A stretch of 64,000 nucleotides of DNA from Thermodesulfobacteriota bacterium (lineage in GTDB: Bacteria; Desulfobacterota_D; UBA1144; Nemesobacterales; Nemesobacteraceae). How positions within the stretch are numbered: the first letter of the stretch is position 1; every line of letters starts with the position of its first letter. A program made the translations under genes and the position numbers. Shown here in pieces: positions 47,172 to 56,387 of this stretch. The notes beneath the pieces are model-generated. The model was not told the DNA's origin and made no database searches. It saw only the letters and a program-made list of their open reading frames with translations. Location of the stretch: the NCBI GenBank assembly GCA_965202785.1, contig OZ241855.1:1248001-1312000 (forward strand). Direction: 5' to 3'.

Positions 47172-49559
47172 ATGAGCACACAGATTAGACAAATTCTTTT
47201 TAGACGTATATCAGCTATTGAGTCTGACCTTCGAAATTTCATAAGGGAAAACCTGCCAGATTCTTTCCTTGAGGATGAAAATATTGCTTCAAGGGTAAAG
47301 AAACGTTATTTGAGGGAAAAAGGGGCGGATTCAAACGGAGGTTTGGAGCTTGTGGATTTCTTAGACTTTGGAGATACGTATCAAATACTGTTATCAAAAA
47401 AGGATGAACTTAGAAAAGATATAGTAAAAGAACTTTTAAAACACAGAAAAGACCTAGAATCAATAGCTTCTATTCGAAACCGTGTTATGCATGTTAGACC
47501 ATTAGAGGCGGATGATTACTACACTGTCGATAATTTTGTACAAAAAGTTTCTGGGAATATATGGCCAGAAAGTAGAAAAAGTTCAAAGATATCCGATCTA
47601 GATCCTACTATTACAAAGATCAAAAAGGAGGAAGAGGACAGAATATGTCACAATTTGCCATATTCAGATTTTGATGAGACTGGTTTCATAGGAAGGAAAA
47701 AAGATGTTCAAGAATTAAAGGATTTGCTGTATACAGAATATCCAAGAATTATCACGTTATTCGGCGAAGGTGGAGTTGGCAAGACTGCCTTGATGCTGAA
47801 AACGGCTTATGAAATTATAGATGATGAGAGGTGTCCATTTGGTTATGTAGTTTGGGTGACTTGTAAAACTAAAGTACTGACGAACAATGGAATTGAAGAA
47901 ATAGAAAGTGCTATAAAGAATTTTAAATCCATGACTCAGAAAATTGACTCCAACTTCAGAAATGCACCACAGACGACGACACTAGATGAAATTACAGAAT
48001 CTATCCTAAGAGACACAAAAGAAGTTAAGACTCTGTTAATTCTAGATAATTTTGAAACTATACAATTACAAAAAGAAGTGAAAGATTTCTTGTATAAGTA
48101 CACACAATTTGGGAAAGTTGCTATTACTTCAAGAATGAAATTAGGAGAACAGGACCTTCCTAGAAGGCTTGAACCGATGACAAAGCAGGAAGCTGGAAAA
48201 CTTCTTCGAGACTTTGCACGTCTTCTTAATGTGGAAATCCTATATAAACTCAACCCAGAAAAGATAGAAAAATATGCTAAAGAACTTTCGTTAAACCCTC
48301 TTGGTATTAAGTGGTTTGTCCAATCGGTTGCGAGTGGGAGTTCTCCAGATGACGTTATTAATAATAAGGATATTCTCCTAGATTATTGCCTTTCTAACGT
48401 ATACAAAAAATTAAGTGACGAACAAAGAGCCTTTTTGCATGTAATACTGGTAAACCGCAAACCTACCAGTAAAGAAGAACTCCTGTTCTATACAGAAAGA
48501 GAAAATGACATCAGAGTTGACGAGTCTCTACAAAAATTAGAAACCACATCTTTCATAAGAATTAACTATGCAGAGGATGCAGATGAATATCTTTATGATA
48601 TAACAGACTTCGCTCGAGAGTATGTAGTAAAAAAAGACCCTCCAAATGAAGAGCTTTATAAGGAGATAAGAGAGAAACAGAATAAAGCGAGTGGGCTAAG
48701 AGAAAATATGAGGCGTAAAAGGCTATATGAAACAAGCTGCATAGAGATTCGTAAGGAATCTGAATCATTTTTAGCAATCAAATTAGACGAAGCCCTTAAG
48801 TATTCTGCAGAAGCACGATCGAAAAAACCTCCAAAGACCCCAGAAGCCAAAGAGGAACTCCATGAGAAAGCTACGAAGAAGGCAAAGGAGGTTCAAGAAA
48901 TACAACCGAGATACGTTGAAGCGTATAGAATTTCCGCATTTATTTATGTCCAGAGAAGGAATAATGCTGCCGCTGAGTCAGAGTATCAAAAAGCATTAGA
49001 AATAGAACCCAAGAACCCAAGAATCCTCTATGGATATGCTGGATTTTTGCTAAGATATCTAAACAGCCCAGAAAAAGCAAAAGAATATGCTGTGGAGGCT
49101 TTTTATGTAGACGAAAAGTCCTTCGCTACAAGACAACTTTATGCAAAATGTGTCGGGATTCTAGGAGAATATGATAGGGCAATAGAAATCCTCAAAAAAT
49201 TGATTGATGAAGAACATTCACGTCGTGAAAAAAACATAGCACTAACAGATGCCGTGGATTTTTATAAGCGTAAGGTACAACTTAAGAACTATACTGAAAG
49301 AGACTATCGGGAAGCTTGGAATGTTTTTCTTGAAGGAGTTTCTTTTTTTGAAGAAACTCAAGAGAAATTCAAACCAGACGCAGAAGCAAAGCAGGTATTA
49401 GTTGAACTATTATTAGGGGGAATGCAATGTAGAGAAGATATTGAAATATCCAAGCTGAAGAAGCTAATAGAAGCTTATATTGAACCAATAAGAAAACATA
49501 GAGAAGGGGTACGTCTCGAAGAATGGCACCACTCCAATAGTGTAATTGAGAAAATATGA
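47172..49559 (+). CDS. Swt1-like HEPN + NB-ARC/STAND ATPase + TPR protein
   Basis: RNRVMH (Rx4H) at aa 102-107; HNLP..FIGR, Walker A GEGGVGKT, Walker B LLILDNFE, ITSR; TPR-like YQKALEIEPKN; AT-rich. Confidence 0.85.
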   Translation: MSTQIRQILFRRISAIESDLRNFIRENLPDSFLEDENIASRVKKRYLREKGADSNGGLELVDFLDFGDTYQILLSKKDELRKDIVKELLKHRKDLESIASIRNRVMHVRPLEADDYYTVDNFVQKVSGNIWPESRKSSKISDLDPTITKIKKEEEDRICHNLPYSDFDETGFIGRKKDVQELKDLLYTEYPRIITLFGEGGVGKTALMLKTAYEIIDDERCPFGYVVWVTCKTKVLTNNGIEEIESAIKNFKSMTQKIDSNFRNAPQTTTLDEITESILRDTKEVKTLLILDNFETIQLQKEVKDFLYKYTQFGKVAITSRMKLGEQDLPRRLEPMTKQEAGKLLRDFARLLNVEILYKLNPEKIEKYAKELSLNPLGIKWFVQSVASGSSPDDVINNKDILLDYCLSNVYKKLSDEQRAFLHVILVNRKPTSKEELLFYTERENDIRVDESLQKLETTSFIRINYAEDADEYLYDITDFAREYVVKKDPPNEELYKEIREKQNKASGLRENMRRKRLYETSCIEIRKESESFLAIKLDEALKYSAEARSKKPPKTPEAKEELHEKATKKAKEVQEIQPRYVEAYRISAFIYVQRRNNAAAESEYQKALEIEPKNPRILYGYAGFLLRYLNSPEKAKEYAVEAFYVDEKSFATRQLYAKCVGILGEYDRAIEILKKLIDEEHSRREKNIALTDAVDFYKRKVQLKNYTERDYREAWNVFLEGVSFFEETQEKFKPDAEAKQVLVELLLGGMQCREDIEISKLKKLIEAYIEPIRKHREGVRLEEWHHSNSVIEKI

Positions 49560-50212
49560 CATACAATTTTAAGCCTTGGATTTCGGTCAAAATCTTTTTT
49601 TTGCTTGTAGGCGTAATTTTTACAATATACAACGAAAGTGCCGCGGAGGTTAAAGACATGGAAAGCGGGAAAAACAGCGGTTACATGGAGGCGACTTTCG
49701 CCGGGGGATGCTTCTGGTGCATGGAGCCTCCTTTTGACAGTCTCAGCGGGGTTGTCGAAACGATAGTGGGCTACTCGGGGGGAAAGGAGAAAAACCCTAC
49801 CTACGAGCAGGTCTGGCAGGGCAGAACGGGCCACGCAGAAGCGATAAGGGTCGTTTACGATCCCGCGAAGATAGACTATGAAACGCTTCTTGAGACTTTC
49901 TGGATAAACATTGATCCGACCCAGGTGGACGGGCAGTTCGCCGACAGGGGAAGGCACTACAGAACCGCCATCTTCTACCATAACGATTCGCAGAAGGAAA
50001 AGGCTCTTCTTTCGAAAAAGAAACTCGAGGAGTCGGGAAAATTCAAAAAGCCGATAGTCACCTCGGTAGAGAAGTTCGTCTCTTTCTACAGGGCGGAGGA
50101 ATACCACCAGAATTACTACCAGAAAAACCCGATTCACTACGGCAATTACAAAATAGGTTCGGGAAGGGCAGGCTTTATTGAAAGGACCTGGGGGAAGCAG
50201 GATCTTCAGTGA
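49556..50212 (+). CDS. msrA: Peptide methionine sulfoxide reductase MsrA (signal-like N-terminus, or start at ATG 49658)
   Basis: FAGGCFWC, TGHAE, GQFADRG..YRTAIF, AEEYHQNYY. Confidence 0.95.
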   Translation: MTYNFKPWISVKIFFLLVGVIFTIYNESAAEVKDMESGKNSGYMEATFAGGCFWCMEPPFDSLSGVVETIVGYSGGKEKNPTYEQVWQGRTGHAEAIRVVYDPAKIDYETLLETFWINIDPTQVDGQFADRGRHYRTAIFYHNDSQKEKALLSKKKLEESGKFKKPIVTSVEKFVSFYRAEEYHQNYYQKNPIHYGNYKIGSGRAGFIERTWGKQDLQ

Positions 50213-50279
50213 ACCGACAAACCCGAGGGATTTTCCTGAGTGAGCGGCCGTCACGCTAAAGAGATTTTATCCGGAACCG

Positions 50280-50960
50280 ATGACCGTTTACTTTCTCGAC
50301 TCCCGAATAAGATTTCCTGATCCATCCGAGGCGGAGCCAGATGGGCTTCTGGCGGTCGGAGGGAACCTTTCTCCCGAAAGGCTTCTTTTGGCCTACGAAA
50401 ACGGCATTTTCCCCTGGTATTCCGAGGGAAACCCCATTTTATGGTTTTCTCCCGACCCAAGAATGATTTTTCTCCCGGGGGATTTCAAGTTTTCAAAAAC
50501 GCTTTTAAAAACGGTCTCTTCCGGAAAATTCTCGGTAAGGGCCGATACGGATTTCGCCGCGGTTGTTGAGAACTGCGCGCAGGTCCAGAGGAAAGGGCAG
50601 AGCGGGACGTGGATAACCGAGGAGATGAAGGCGGCTTACGGGAAACTGCATGAATTGGGTTACGCTCATTCTTTTGAGACCTACCGGGAGGGAAGGCTTG
50701 TCGGCGGTCTTTACGGAGTGTCGCTCGGAGGTGCGTTTTTCGGAGAATCGATGTTTCACCTCGAAACCGACGCTTCCAAGGCGGCACTTTTCCACTTGGC
50801 GCGGAAATGCTGGAAATCCGGTTTTGATCTCATAGATTCCCAGGTTCCGACGGATCATATGAGGACTCTCGGAGGAAGAGAAATCAGCAGAAAGGAGTTT
50901 CTGTCCGCGCTTGAAACCTCTCTTGAGAAGAAGACCCTGCGCGGCAAGTGGGAGATCTGA
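50280..50960 (+). CDS. aat: Leucyl/phenylalanyl-tRNA-protein transferase
   Basis: GLLAVGG, AYENGIFPW, WFSPDPR, GGLYGV..FFGESMF, DASK. Confidence 0.96.
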   Translation: MTVYFLDSRIRFPDPSEAEPDGLLAVGGNLSPERLLLAYENGIFPWYSEGNPILWFSPDPRMIFLPGDFKFSKTLLKTVSSGKFSVRADTDFAAVVENCAQVQRKGQSGTWITEEMKAAYGKLHELGYAHSFETYREGRLVGGLYGVSLGGAFFGESMFHLETDASKAALFHLARKCWKSGFDLIDSQVPTDHMRTLGGREISRKEFLSALETSLEKKTLRGKWEI

Positions 50961-51017
50961 ACTGTCCCCAGTCCGACTAAATGACAGGGGCCGGAAAAGT
51001 GGTTAAAATCCTGCCTC

Positions 51018-51767
51018 ATGCCGAAACTCCTTGTCTTCCAGCATGTGCCTCACGAGATACTGGGAACGCTTCATCCAATGCTCAGAAGCGCCGGTTTCAG
51101 AATACGCTACGTGAACTTCGGTCGGTCCAATTACAGCATCCCCAAACTCCGTAACTACGACGGTCTCGTGGTTCTCGGAGGTCCGATGAACGTGGACGAG
51201 ACCGACGAGTATCCTTATCTGGTACCGGAGACCGAATCCATAAGGGAGTTTATCGACATGGACGCTCCGGTGCTCGGCATATGTCTCGGTTCGCAGCTGA
51301 TTGCCAAGGCCCTCGGAGCGCGGATTCATAAGAATCCGGAGAAGGAAATCGGCTGGTATGACGTTTCCACTACCGAAGAGGGGAAGAAGGATCGTCTTGT
51401 AGGCGCATTCGGCGCGGTTGAAAAGGTCTTTCAGTGGCACGGGGATACTTTCGAGATTCCACCGGGCGCCGTGCATCTGGCCACTTCCCCTGCGTGTGCG
51501 AACCAGGCGTTTAGATACGGAGACAAAGTATACGGGTTCCAGTTCCACCTTGAAGTGGACGCGCCCATGATAGAGCGCTGGCTCGTTGCTCCGGTGAACA
51601 AAAAGGAAATCGAAGAACTCGGCGGCAAGATAAGTCCCGATGTTATAAGGTCCGATACGCCGAAATACATAGATACCCTTTCCGATCTCAGCAGGCGGAC
51701 TTTCGGCGGTTTTATCAATCTGCTCGGGGGCACCTCGGAGAAAAAGGCGCATATGCCTTCTGTATGA
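51018..51767 (+). CDS. Type 1 glutamine amidotransferase-like protein
   Basis: VLGGPM, LGICLGSQL, QWHGDTF, FQFHLE catalytic triad motifs. Confidence 0.9.
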   Translation: MPKLLVFQHVPHEILGTLHPMLRSAGFRIRYVNFGRSNYSIPKLRNYDGLVVLGGPMNVDETDEYPYLVPETESIREFIDMDAPVLGICLGSQLIAKALGARIHKNPEKEIGWYDVSTTEEGKKDRLVGAFGAVEKVFQWHGDTFEIPPGAVHLATSPACANQAFRYGDKVYGFQFHLEVDAPMIERWLVAPVNKKEIEELGGKISPDVIRSDTPKYIDTLSDLSRRTFGGFINLLGGTSEKKAHMPSV

Positions 51768-51814
51768 AGTTTTGGCACCTGCGGACTGTTCGGTGGTTTT
51801 CTCATTGATCGCTG

Positions 51815-51842
51815 TTGAAAAAAAACCGGACGTGTGTATAAT
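51815..51842 (+). promoter_or_regulatory. Putative sigma70 promoter
   Basis: TTGAAA-16 nt-TATAAT with TG extension upstream of 51899. Confidence 0.5.
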
Positions 51843-51898
51843 CCGTGCGTCTTTCAGTTAGTAAAAATCTTCTTTTAATCCACTCGACGAGGTAAATA

Positions 51899-52357
51899 AT
51901 GAGCAATTGGGAATGTAAAAATCACGGTCATCCGGACATAAAGCCCTCTTCTTCCAAAAGAGCCATATTCATCGGCAGGTATCAGCCCTACCACGCCGGA
52001 CATATAAGCCTTGTCAGGCAGAAACTCGACAATGGAGTTCCGTGCCTGATAATGGTAAGGGATATTCCTCCCGACCCGAAAAACCCCTTCACCACGGAAC
52101 AGACTGTCGGAATGATAAGAAAATATCACGAGAGCAAGGGCGATGACGTGGTCGTGATGGTGATTCCGGACATTGAATCGGTAAACTGGGGCAGGGGAGT
52201 CGGTTACGAGATGAACGAGTTTTTCCCGCCTGAGAACATAGGGTTCATATCGGCTACCAAGATACGCGAGTCGATAGCAAGCGGCAATGAGGAGTGGAGG
52301 GAACTCGTGGACGAGTCCATTCAGGATGACGTGGTAAGTTACCTGAGTGGCGACTGA
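51899..52357 (+). CDS. Cytidyltransferase-like (HxGH) nucleotidyltransferase
   Basis: FIGRYQPYHAGH, NPFT, ISATKIRE motifs. Confidence 0.85.
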   Translation: MSNWECKNHGHPDIKPSSSKRAIFIGRYQPYHAGHISLVRQKLDNGVPCLIMVRDIPPDPKNPFTTEQTVGMIRKYHESKGDDVVVMVIPDIESVNWGRGVGYEMNEFFPPENIGFISATKIRESIASGNEEWRELVDESIQDDVVSYLSGD

Positions 52358-52448
52358 TTGCGGTTCCTGAAGTTAAAAAGACGACGTTGCCGACCACTTC
52401 GCACAAAAACCGTGCGGACATATCCGAGGGGTGGAGCGAGGAAATCGC

Positions 52449-53267
52449 ATGTCGCAAAGAGCGCATCAAGGTGAAATTGCCGGAACGCGCTGGACTCCCG
52501 GTCAGTACCTGAAGTTCTCCCAGGAGCGCCTGCGCCCGGCCATTGAGTTGCTGGATCGTATCCCCCTTGAGGCACCGGATGTGATCTATGATCTGGGTTG
52601 CGGTTCAGGCCACATAACCCGTCTTCTGACAAAGCGCTGGTCCTCATCCAAGGTCTACGGTATCGATAACTCACCGCAGATGCTGGCCGAGGCGGCTGCG
52701 GAGCCGTCGACCATACACTGGGCGGATGCCGATATCCGCAGATGGGTGCCGGAGGAAAACCCGGACCTTATTTATTCCAATGCGTCTTTGCACTGGGTTG
52801 ATGGCCACTCTGAACTGTTTACGCGCCTAGTGAACTACCTTAACCCGGGAGGTTGCCTTGCGGTCCAGATGCCACTTAGCTGGGATCTTCCGTCTCACCG
52901 CCTGATGCGGGATACGTTGGCAAATGGCGGTCCCGACGGGAAACCCGTCGGCGAGGCCTCACTCCTTGTCGCCTTGTCAAACAAGTGGGTTGAGGATTCA
53001 GAGTTCTACTACGATATCCTTTCTCCCTGTACGCGACGCCTTGATATCTGGGAAACGCGGTATCTCCATGCGTTTGAAGGCGATGATCCTGTTTTTGAAT
53101 GGGTTATGGGCAGTGGTCTGCGCCCGATTCTAAACGGTCTGCGCGATACTGAGAGGAACCGGTTTTTAAGGGTATACAAGCAACGGCTTCAGGATGCTTA
53201 TCCCAGGGATTCGGGGGACCGTACGCTGTATCCCTTCCCTCGCCTGTTCATCATTGCGCTGGTCTGA
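52449..53267 (+). CDS. tam: Trans-aconitate 2-methyltransferase
   Basis: WTPGQYLKF..ERLRPA, DLGCGSG, SNASLHWV, LAVQMP, GLRP, FPRLF. Confidence 0.9.
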   Translation: MSQRAHQGEIAGTRWTPGQYLKFSQERLRPAIELLDRIPLEAPDVIYDLGCGSGHITRLLTKRWSSSKVYGIDNSPQMLAEAAAEPSTIHWADADIRRWVPEENPDLIYSNASLHWVDGHSELFTRLVNYLNPGGCLAVQMPLSWDLPSHRLMRDTLANGGPDGKPVGEASLLVALSNKWVEDSEFYYDILSPCTRRLDIWETRYLHAFEGDDPVFEWVMGSGLRPILNGLRDTERNRFLRVYKQRLQDAYPRDSGDRTLYPFPRLFIIALV

Positions 53268-53358
53268 GGGCAGGGTGGGCCTGGATCTTCTATAGTTAAT
53301 ACCAAATCAAAAACATTTCATGCAATAAAATGTTACACCTCTTGCAACAAAACATTCC

Positions 53359-53595
53359 TTGGATCAAGACAACCAAGGTATAAAACAGATTAGCAATTTA
53401 GGGATTATAGAGCTTAAAGTATATAAAGTTAGAAAGTTCGCATCTAAATCTTTAAAAGGAAAAGGAGTTCAATCAGGATTCAGAGTTATTTATGCTTATT
53501 TTGAAGATAAAAACAAAATTGAACTTATAGAAATCTACTATAAAAGTGATAAAGAGCTGGAGAATAGAAATCGTATTAAAGAACTTTATCTATAG
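53359..53595 (+). pseudogene. AT-rich RelE/HigB-like toxin fragment
   Basis: KVRK..SKSLKGKG..SGFRVIYAY....IELIEIYYKSDKE; N-terminus appears missing and there is no antitoxin. Confidence 0.6.
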
Positions 53596-53720
53596 CTTGA
53601 GAGATACTTTGATCATAAGGGAAAGCGACCAAACCATCTTTGTCATCTGATCAAATCGTTTTTGCAACCACATCTTCCCTCAGTCGGTTATGACAGAAAC
53701 GGAGGGATTCTGAAACCTTC

Positions 53721-54002
53721 TTACTGTGATTCGGTTTCCGCGGTCTCTTCCTTGGCGGACTTTTTCTGGTACTTGCGACGGAATTTTTCGACTCTGCCTT
53801 CTTTTTTAAAGTGCTTTTCCTTTCCGGTAAAGAAAGGGTGAGAGTCGCTTGAGATCTCCACGCTTATAAGCGGGTACTCGTTTCCGTCTTCCCATTTGGT
53901 GGTTTCCTCCGATGTTCTGGTCGAGCGGGTAAGGAACATATGCCCGGTGAACGAATCCTTGAAAACCACGTAGTTGTAATCTGGGTGAATGTCTTTTTTC
54001 AT
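53721..54002 (-). CDS. rpmE2: 50S ribosomal protein L31 type B
   Basis: [32 protein letters not shown]; no Zn-ribbon cysteines. Confidence 0.95.
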   Translation of the reverse strand: MKKDIHPDYNYVVFKDSFTGHMFLTRSTRTSEETTKWEDGNEYPLISVEISSDSHPFFTGKEKHFKKEGRVEKFRRKYQKKSAKEETAETESQ

Positions 54003-54086
54003 CTTGTCTGTCCAGTTGTTTTTTGAGAAAGGGAATTTTATACGACTATAAAATTTTGTAAAGCGCTCGGTGGATCGGGTTTTTCC

Positions 54087-55127
54087 TCACCTCTGGGTTC
54101 CGCTAAGAATTTCGGCGGCTTTTTTCGCAAAATAGGTGATTACCATGTCGGCCCCGGCCCTTTTTACGCTTAGCAGGCTCTCAAGGATGATTTTTTCCTC
54201 ATCAAGCCACCCCGATTGCGTGGCTGCCTTTATCATGAGGTACTCTCCGCTTACCTGGTAAGCAGCAAGAGGAAGATCGGTGTTTTCCCTAAACAGCGAT
54301 ACGAGGTCAAGGTAGTACCCCGCGGGCTTTACCATTACTATGTCCGCGCCTTCTTCTTCGTCCAGAATGAGTTCTCTCAGGGCCTCCGTTGAGTTTGCAG
54401 GATCCATCTGGTAAGTCATCTTGTCCCCGCCTCTGGGAGCTGAATCAAGCGCTCCGCGAAACGGTCCGTAAAAAGAGGAGGCGTACTTTGCCGTGTACGA
54501 CATTATAGAAACGTTCGTGTAACCCTCTTCATCAAGAATCTCCCTGATCGCTCCGACCCGCCCGTCCATCATGTCGCTTGGGGCTACTATGTCGACTCTT
54601 GCGGCGGCGTGGCAAAGTGCCTGCTTGCAGAGTACCTCGACTGTTATGTCGTTAAGTATCTCTCCTGATGGGGACACTACCCCGTCGTGCCCATCGCTTG
54701 AGTATGGATCAAGCGCGATATCCGTTATGACGGTGACTTCTGGAACCTCTTTTTTAATGGCGGCTATGGCTCTTGGCACAAGCCCCCTCGGATTGTAGCA
54801 CTCCTCGGCGAAGGGGGATTTGAGCCCGTCTTCAATTGCCGGGAAAATCATTACCGCCCTGACCCCCAGACCGTGGGACTGTCTCACTTCCTCCACCAGA
54901 CCCGAAACGCTCCACCTTTTGCACCCGGGCATCGATTCTATTTCCTCATCACCGTCTTTATCGTGGATAAAAAGCGGGTAGATGAGATCTCCGGGCAGAA
55001 GACAGGTTTCCCGCACGAGGTTTCTTATGGAAGAGGATTTTCGGTTTCTTCTCGGTCTTGCGGGCAGATCAAGAGACGGGATATCTCTCTCCGGTGTTTT
55101 TGTCTTAGATTTTCTTCTGGTGCTCAT
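54087..55127 (-). CDS. hemB: Porphobilinogen synthase (Asp-rich, Zn-independent type)
   Basis: RPRRNR, DIALDPYSSDGHDG, PSDMMDGR, KYASSFYGPFR, MVKPA, AYQVSGEY. Confidence 0.97.
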   Translation of the reverse strand: MSTRRKSKTKTPERDIPSLDLPARPRRNRKSSSIRNLVRETCLLPGDLIYPLFIHDKDGDEEIESMPGCKRWSVSGLVEEVRQSHGLGVRAVMIFPAIEDGLKSPFAEECYNPRGLVPRAIAAIKKEVPEVTVITDIALDPYSSDGHDGVVSPSGEILNDITVEVLCKQALCHAAARVDIVAPSDMMDGRVGAIREILDEEGYTNVSIMSYTAKYASSFYGPFRGALDSAPRGGDKMTYQMDPANSTEALRELILDEEEGADIVMVKPAGYYLDLVSLFRENTDLPLAAYQVSGEYLMIKAATQSGWLDEEKIILESLLSVKRAGADMVITYFAKKAAEILSGTQR

Positions 55128-55367
55128 GACTTTTGCGATCTTGGTTTTATAAGCATGGGAGGAAAGGCTCTTTTACCCAGCGCAAAACCCCCGGAAAATA
55201 ATAAAAGGCCCGGGAGAATAGTCAACAAAAGGTAAATATTGCCGGTTAGTTCTTGGAGGACGGGAACGGCGAAGGGTTCCCCTCTCAGGTTTTTTCCGGC
55301 TTCCCGGGGCTTTTAAATACGCCGCCCGGGGTCTATAATGATTTGCAAAAACACTGAGGAGGAATCC

Positions 55368-56186
55368 ATGAACAGTAACAAGACCCAAGATGCTTCCACT
55401 TCCACCTACACCATGGGATACAGCGACGATTTTCAGAAACTGCTCAGGCGCCGCAACGCAGGGAGCAGCGCCGCGCACCTGCTCCCGTACCTTGAGCCGG
55501 GCATGCGCGTTCTGGATTTCGGTTGCGGTCCCGGAACGATTTCGGTGGGACTGGCAAAAGCGGTTGAACCCGGAGAGCTTTTCGGTGTCGATATGGAGGC
55601 CTCGCAGATCGAGATCGCAGGGGCTGCCGCAGAGGCTGGCGGACACCGAAACGCGGTATTCCAGACTGCTGACGTGACAGATCTGCCCTTTGAGAATGAC
55701 TCGTTTGATGTTGCACACTGCCACGCCGTGCTCATGCACGCCCCGGACACTGTGACCGTTCTGGCGGAGGTGCGTAGGGTTCTAAAGCCCGGCGGCATCA
55801 TCTCAAGCCGGGAGATGTTTGTTGACTCTTCGTTTCTGGAGCCTTCGATGAGAGACGGATGGGAAACGTTCGCGAAGCTTATCGAGGCTAATGGAGGCCA
55901 TCCTCAGATCGGCAGGGAGCTCAAGCGGCTGTTTATCGAGACCGGCTTCTCGGATATAAGTGCGAGTGTTTCGTTCGAACCTTTCTCGACGGATCAAGAC
56001 ATTAATTTTCTTCACGGCTTCATTACTGGCTGGTTTTTCTCTCCGGCTACCGTTGAAGCGGCCACGAAATACGGAATTGCTACTCGGGAACAGTTCGATG
56101 ACTGGCGACGGATGCTTGATCAGTGGAAGGACACCCCCGGAGCGGTGGCGGCTTTTGCTTGGGGAGAGGCGATAGGGCGCAAATAA
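55368..56186 (+). CDS. Class I SAM-dependent methyltransferase
   Basis: VLDFGCGPG, LPFENDSFDV, RVLKPGG; SD GAGGAGG before ATG 55368. Confidence 0.9.
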   Translation: MNSNKTQDASTSTYTMGYSDDFQKLLRRRNAGSSAAHLLPYLEPGMRVLDFGCGPGTISVGLAKAVEPGELFGVDMEASQIEIAGAAAEAGGHRNAVFQTADVTDLPFENDSFDVAHCHAVLMHAPDTVTVLAEVRRVLKPGGIISSREMFVDSSFLEPSMRDGWETFAKLIEANGGHPQIGRELKRLFIETGFSDISASVSFEPFSTDQDINFLHGFITGWFFSPATVEAATKYGIATREQFDDWRRMLDQWKDTPGAVAAFAWGEAIGRK

Positions 56187-56387
56187 GATTGTCTTTGAGT
56201 TTTTGTCAAGACCTGACCCTATATCTTTCTTCCCAACTCTCCGAGGCAAGCTCGCCGTCTGGGATATTTGCCGTATAAAAAAACGGTTCTAGGGTCGCGT
56301 ACACTTGTCAAGGGAGCAATCAGTCTTATTTTTACTAAGTGAAAAAGGTTTTTCCAAGTGGAATTTGCCACTTAACGGAGGTTTCAG

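Noticed and set aside
55186-55315. MITE-like inverted repeats in the hemB/methyltransferase intergenic region
   Set aside because: Repeats are imperfect and not nested, there is no target duplication, and no second copy was seen.
56340-56380. CIRCE operator upstream of htpG
   Set aside because: Only a 6-bp inverted repeat AAGTGG/CCACTT; it does not match TTAGCACTC-N9-GAGTGCTAA.
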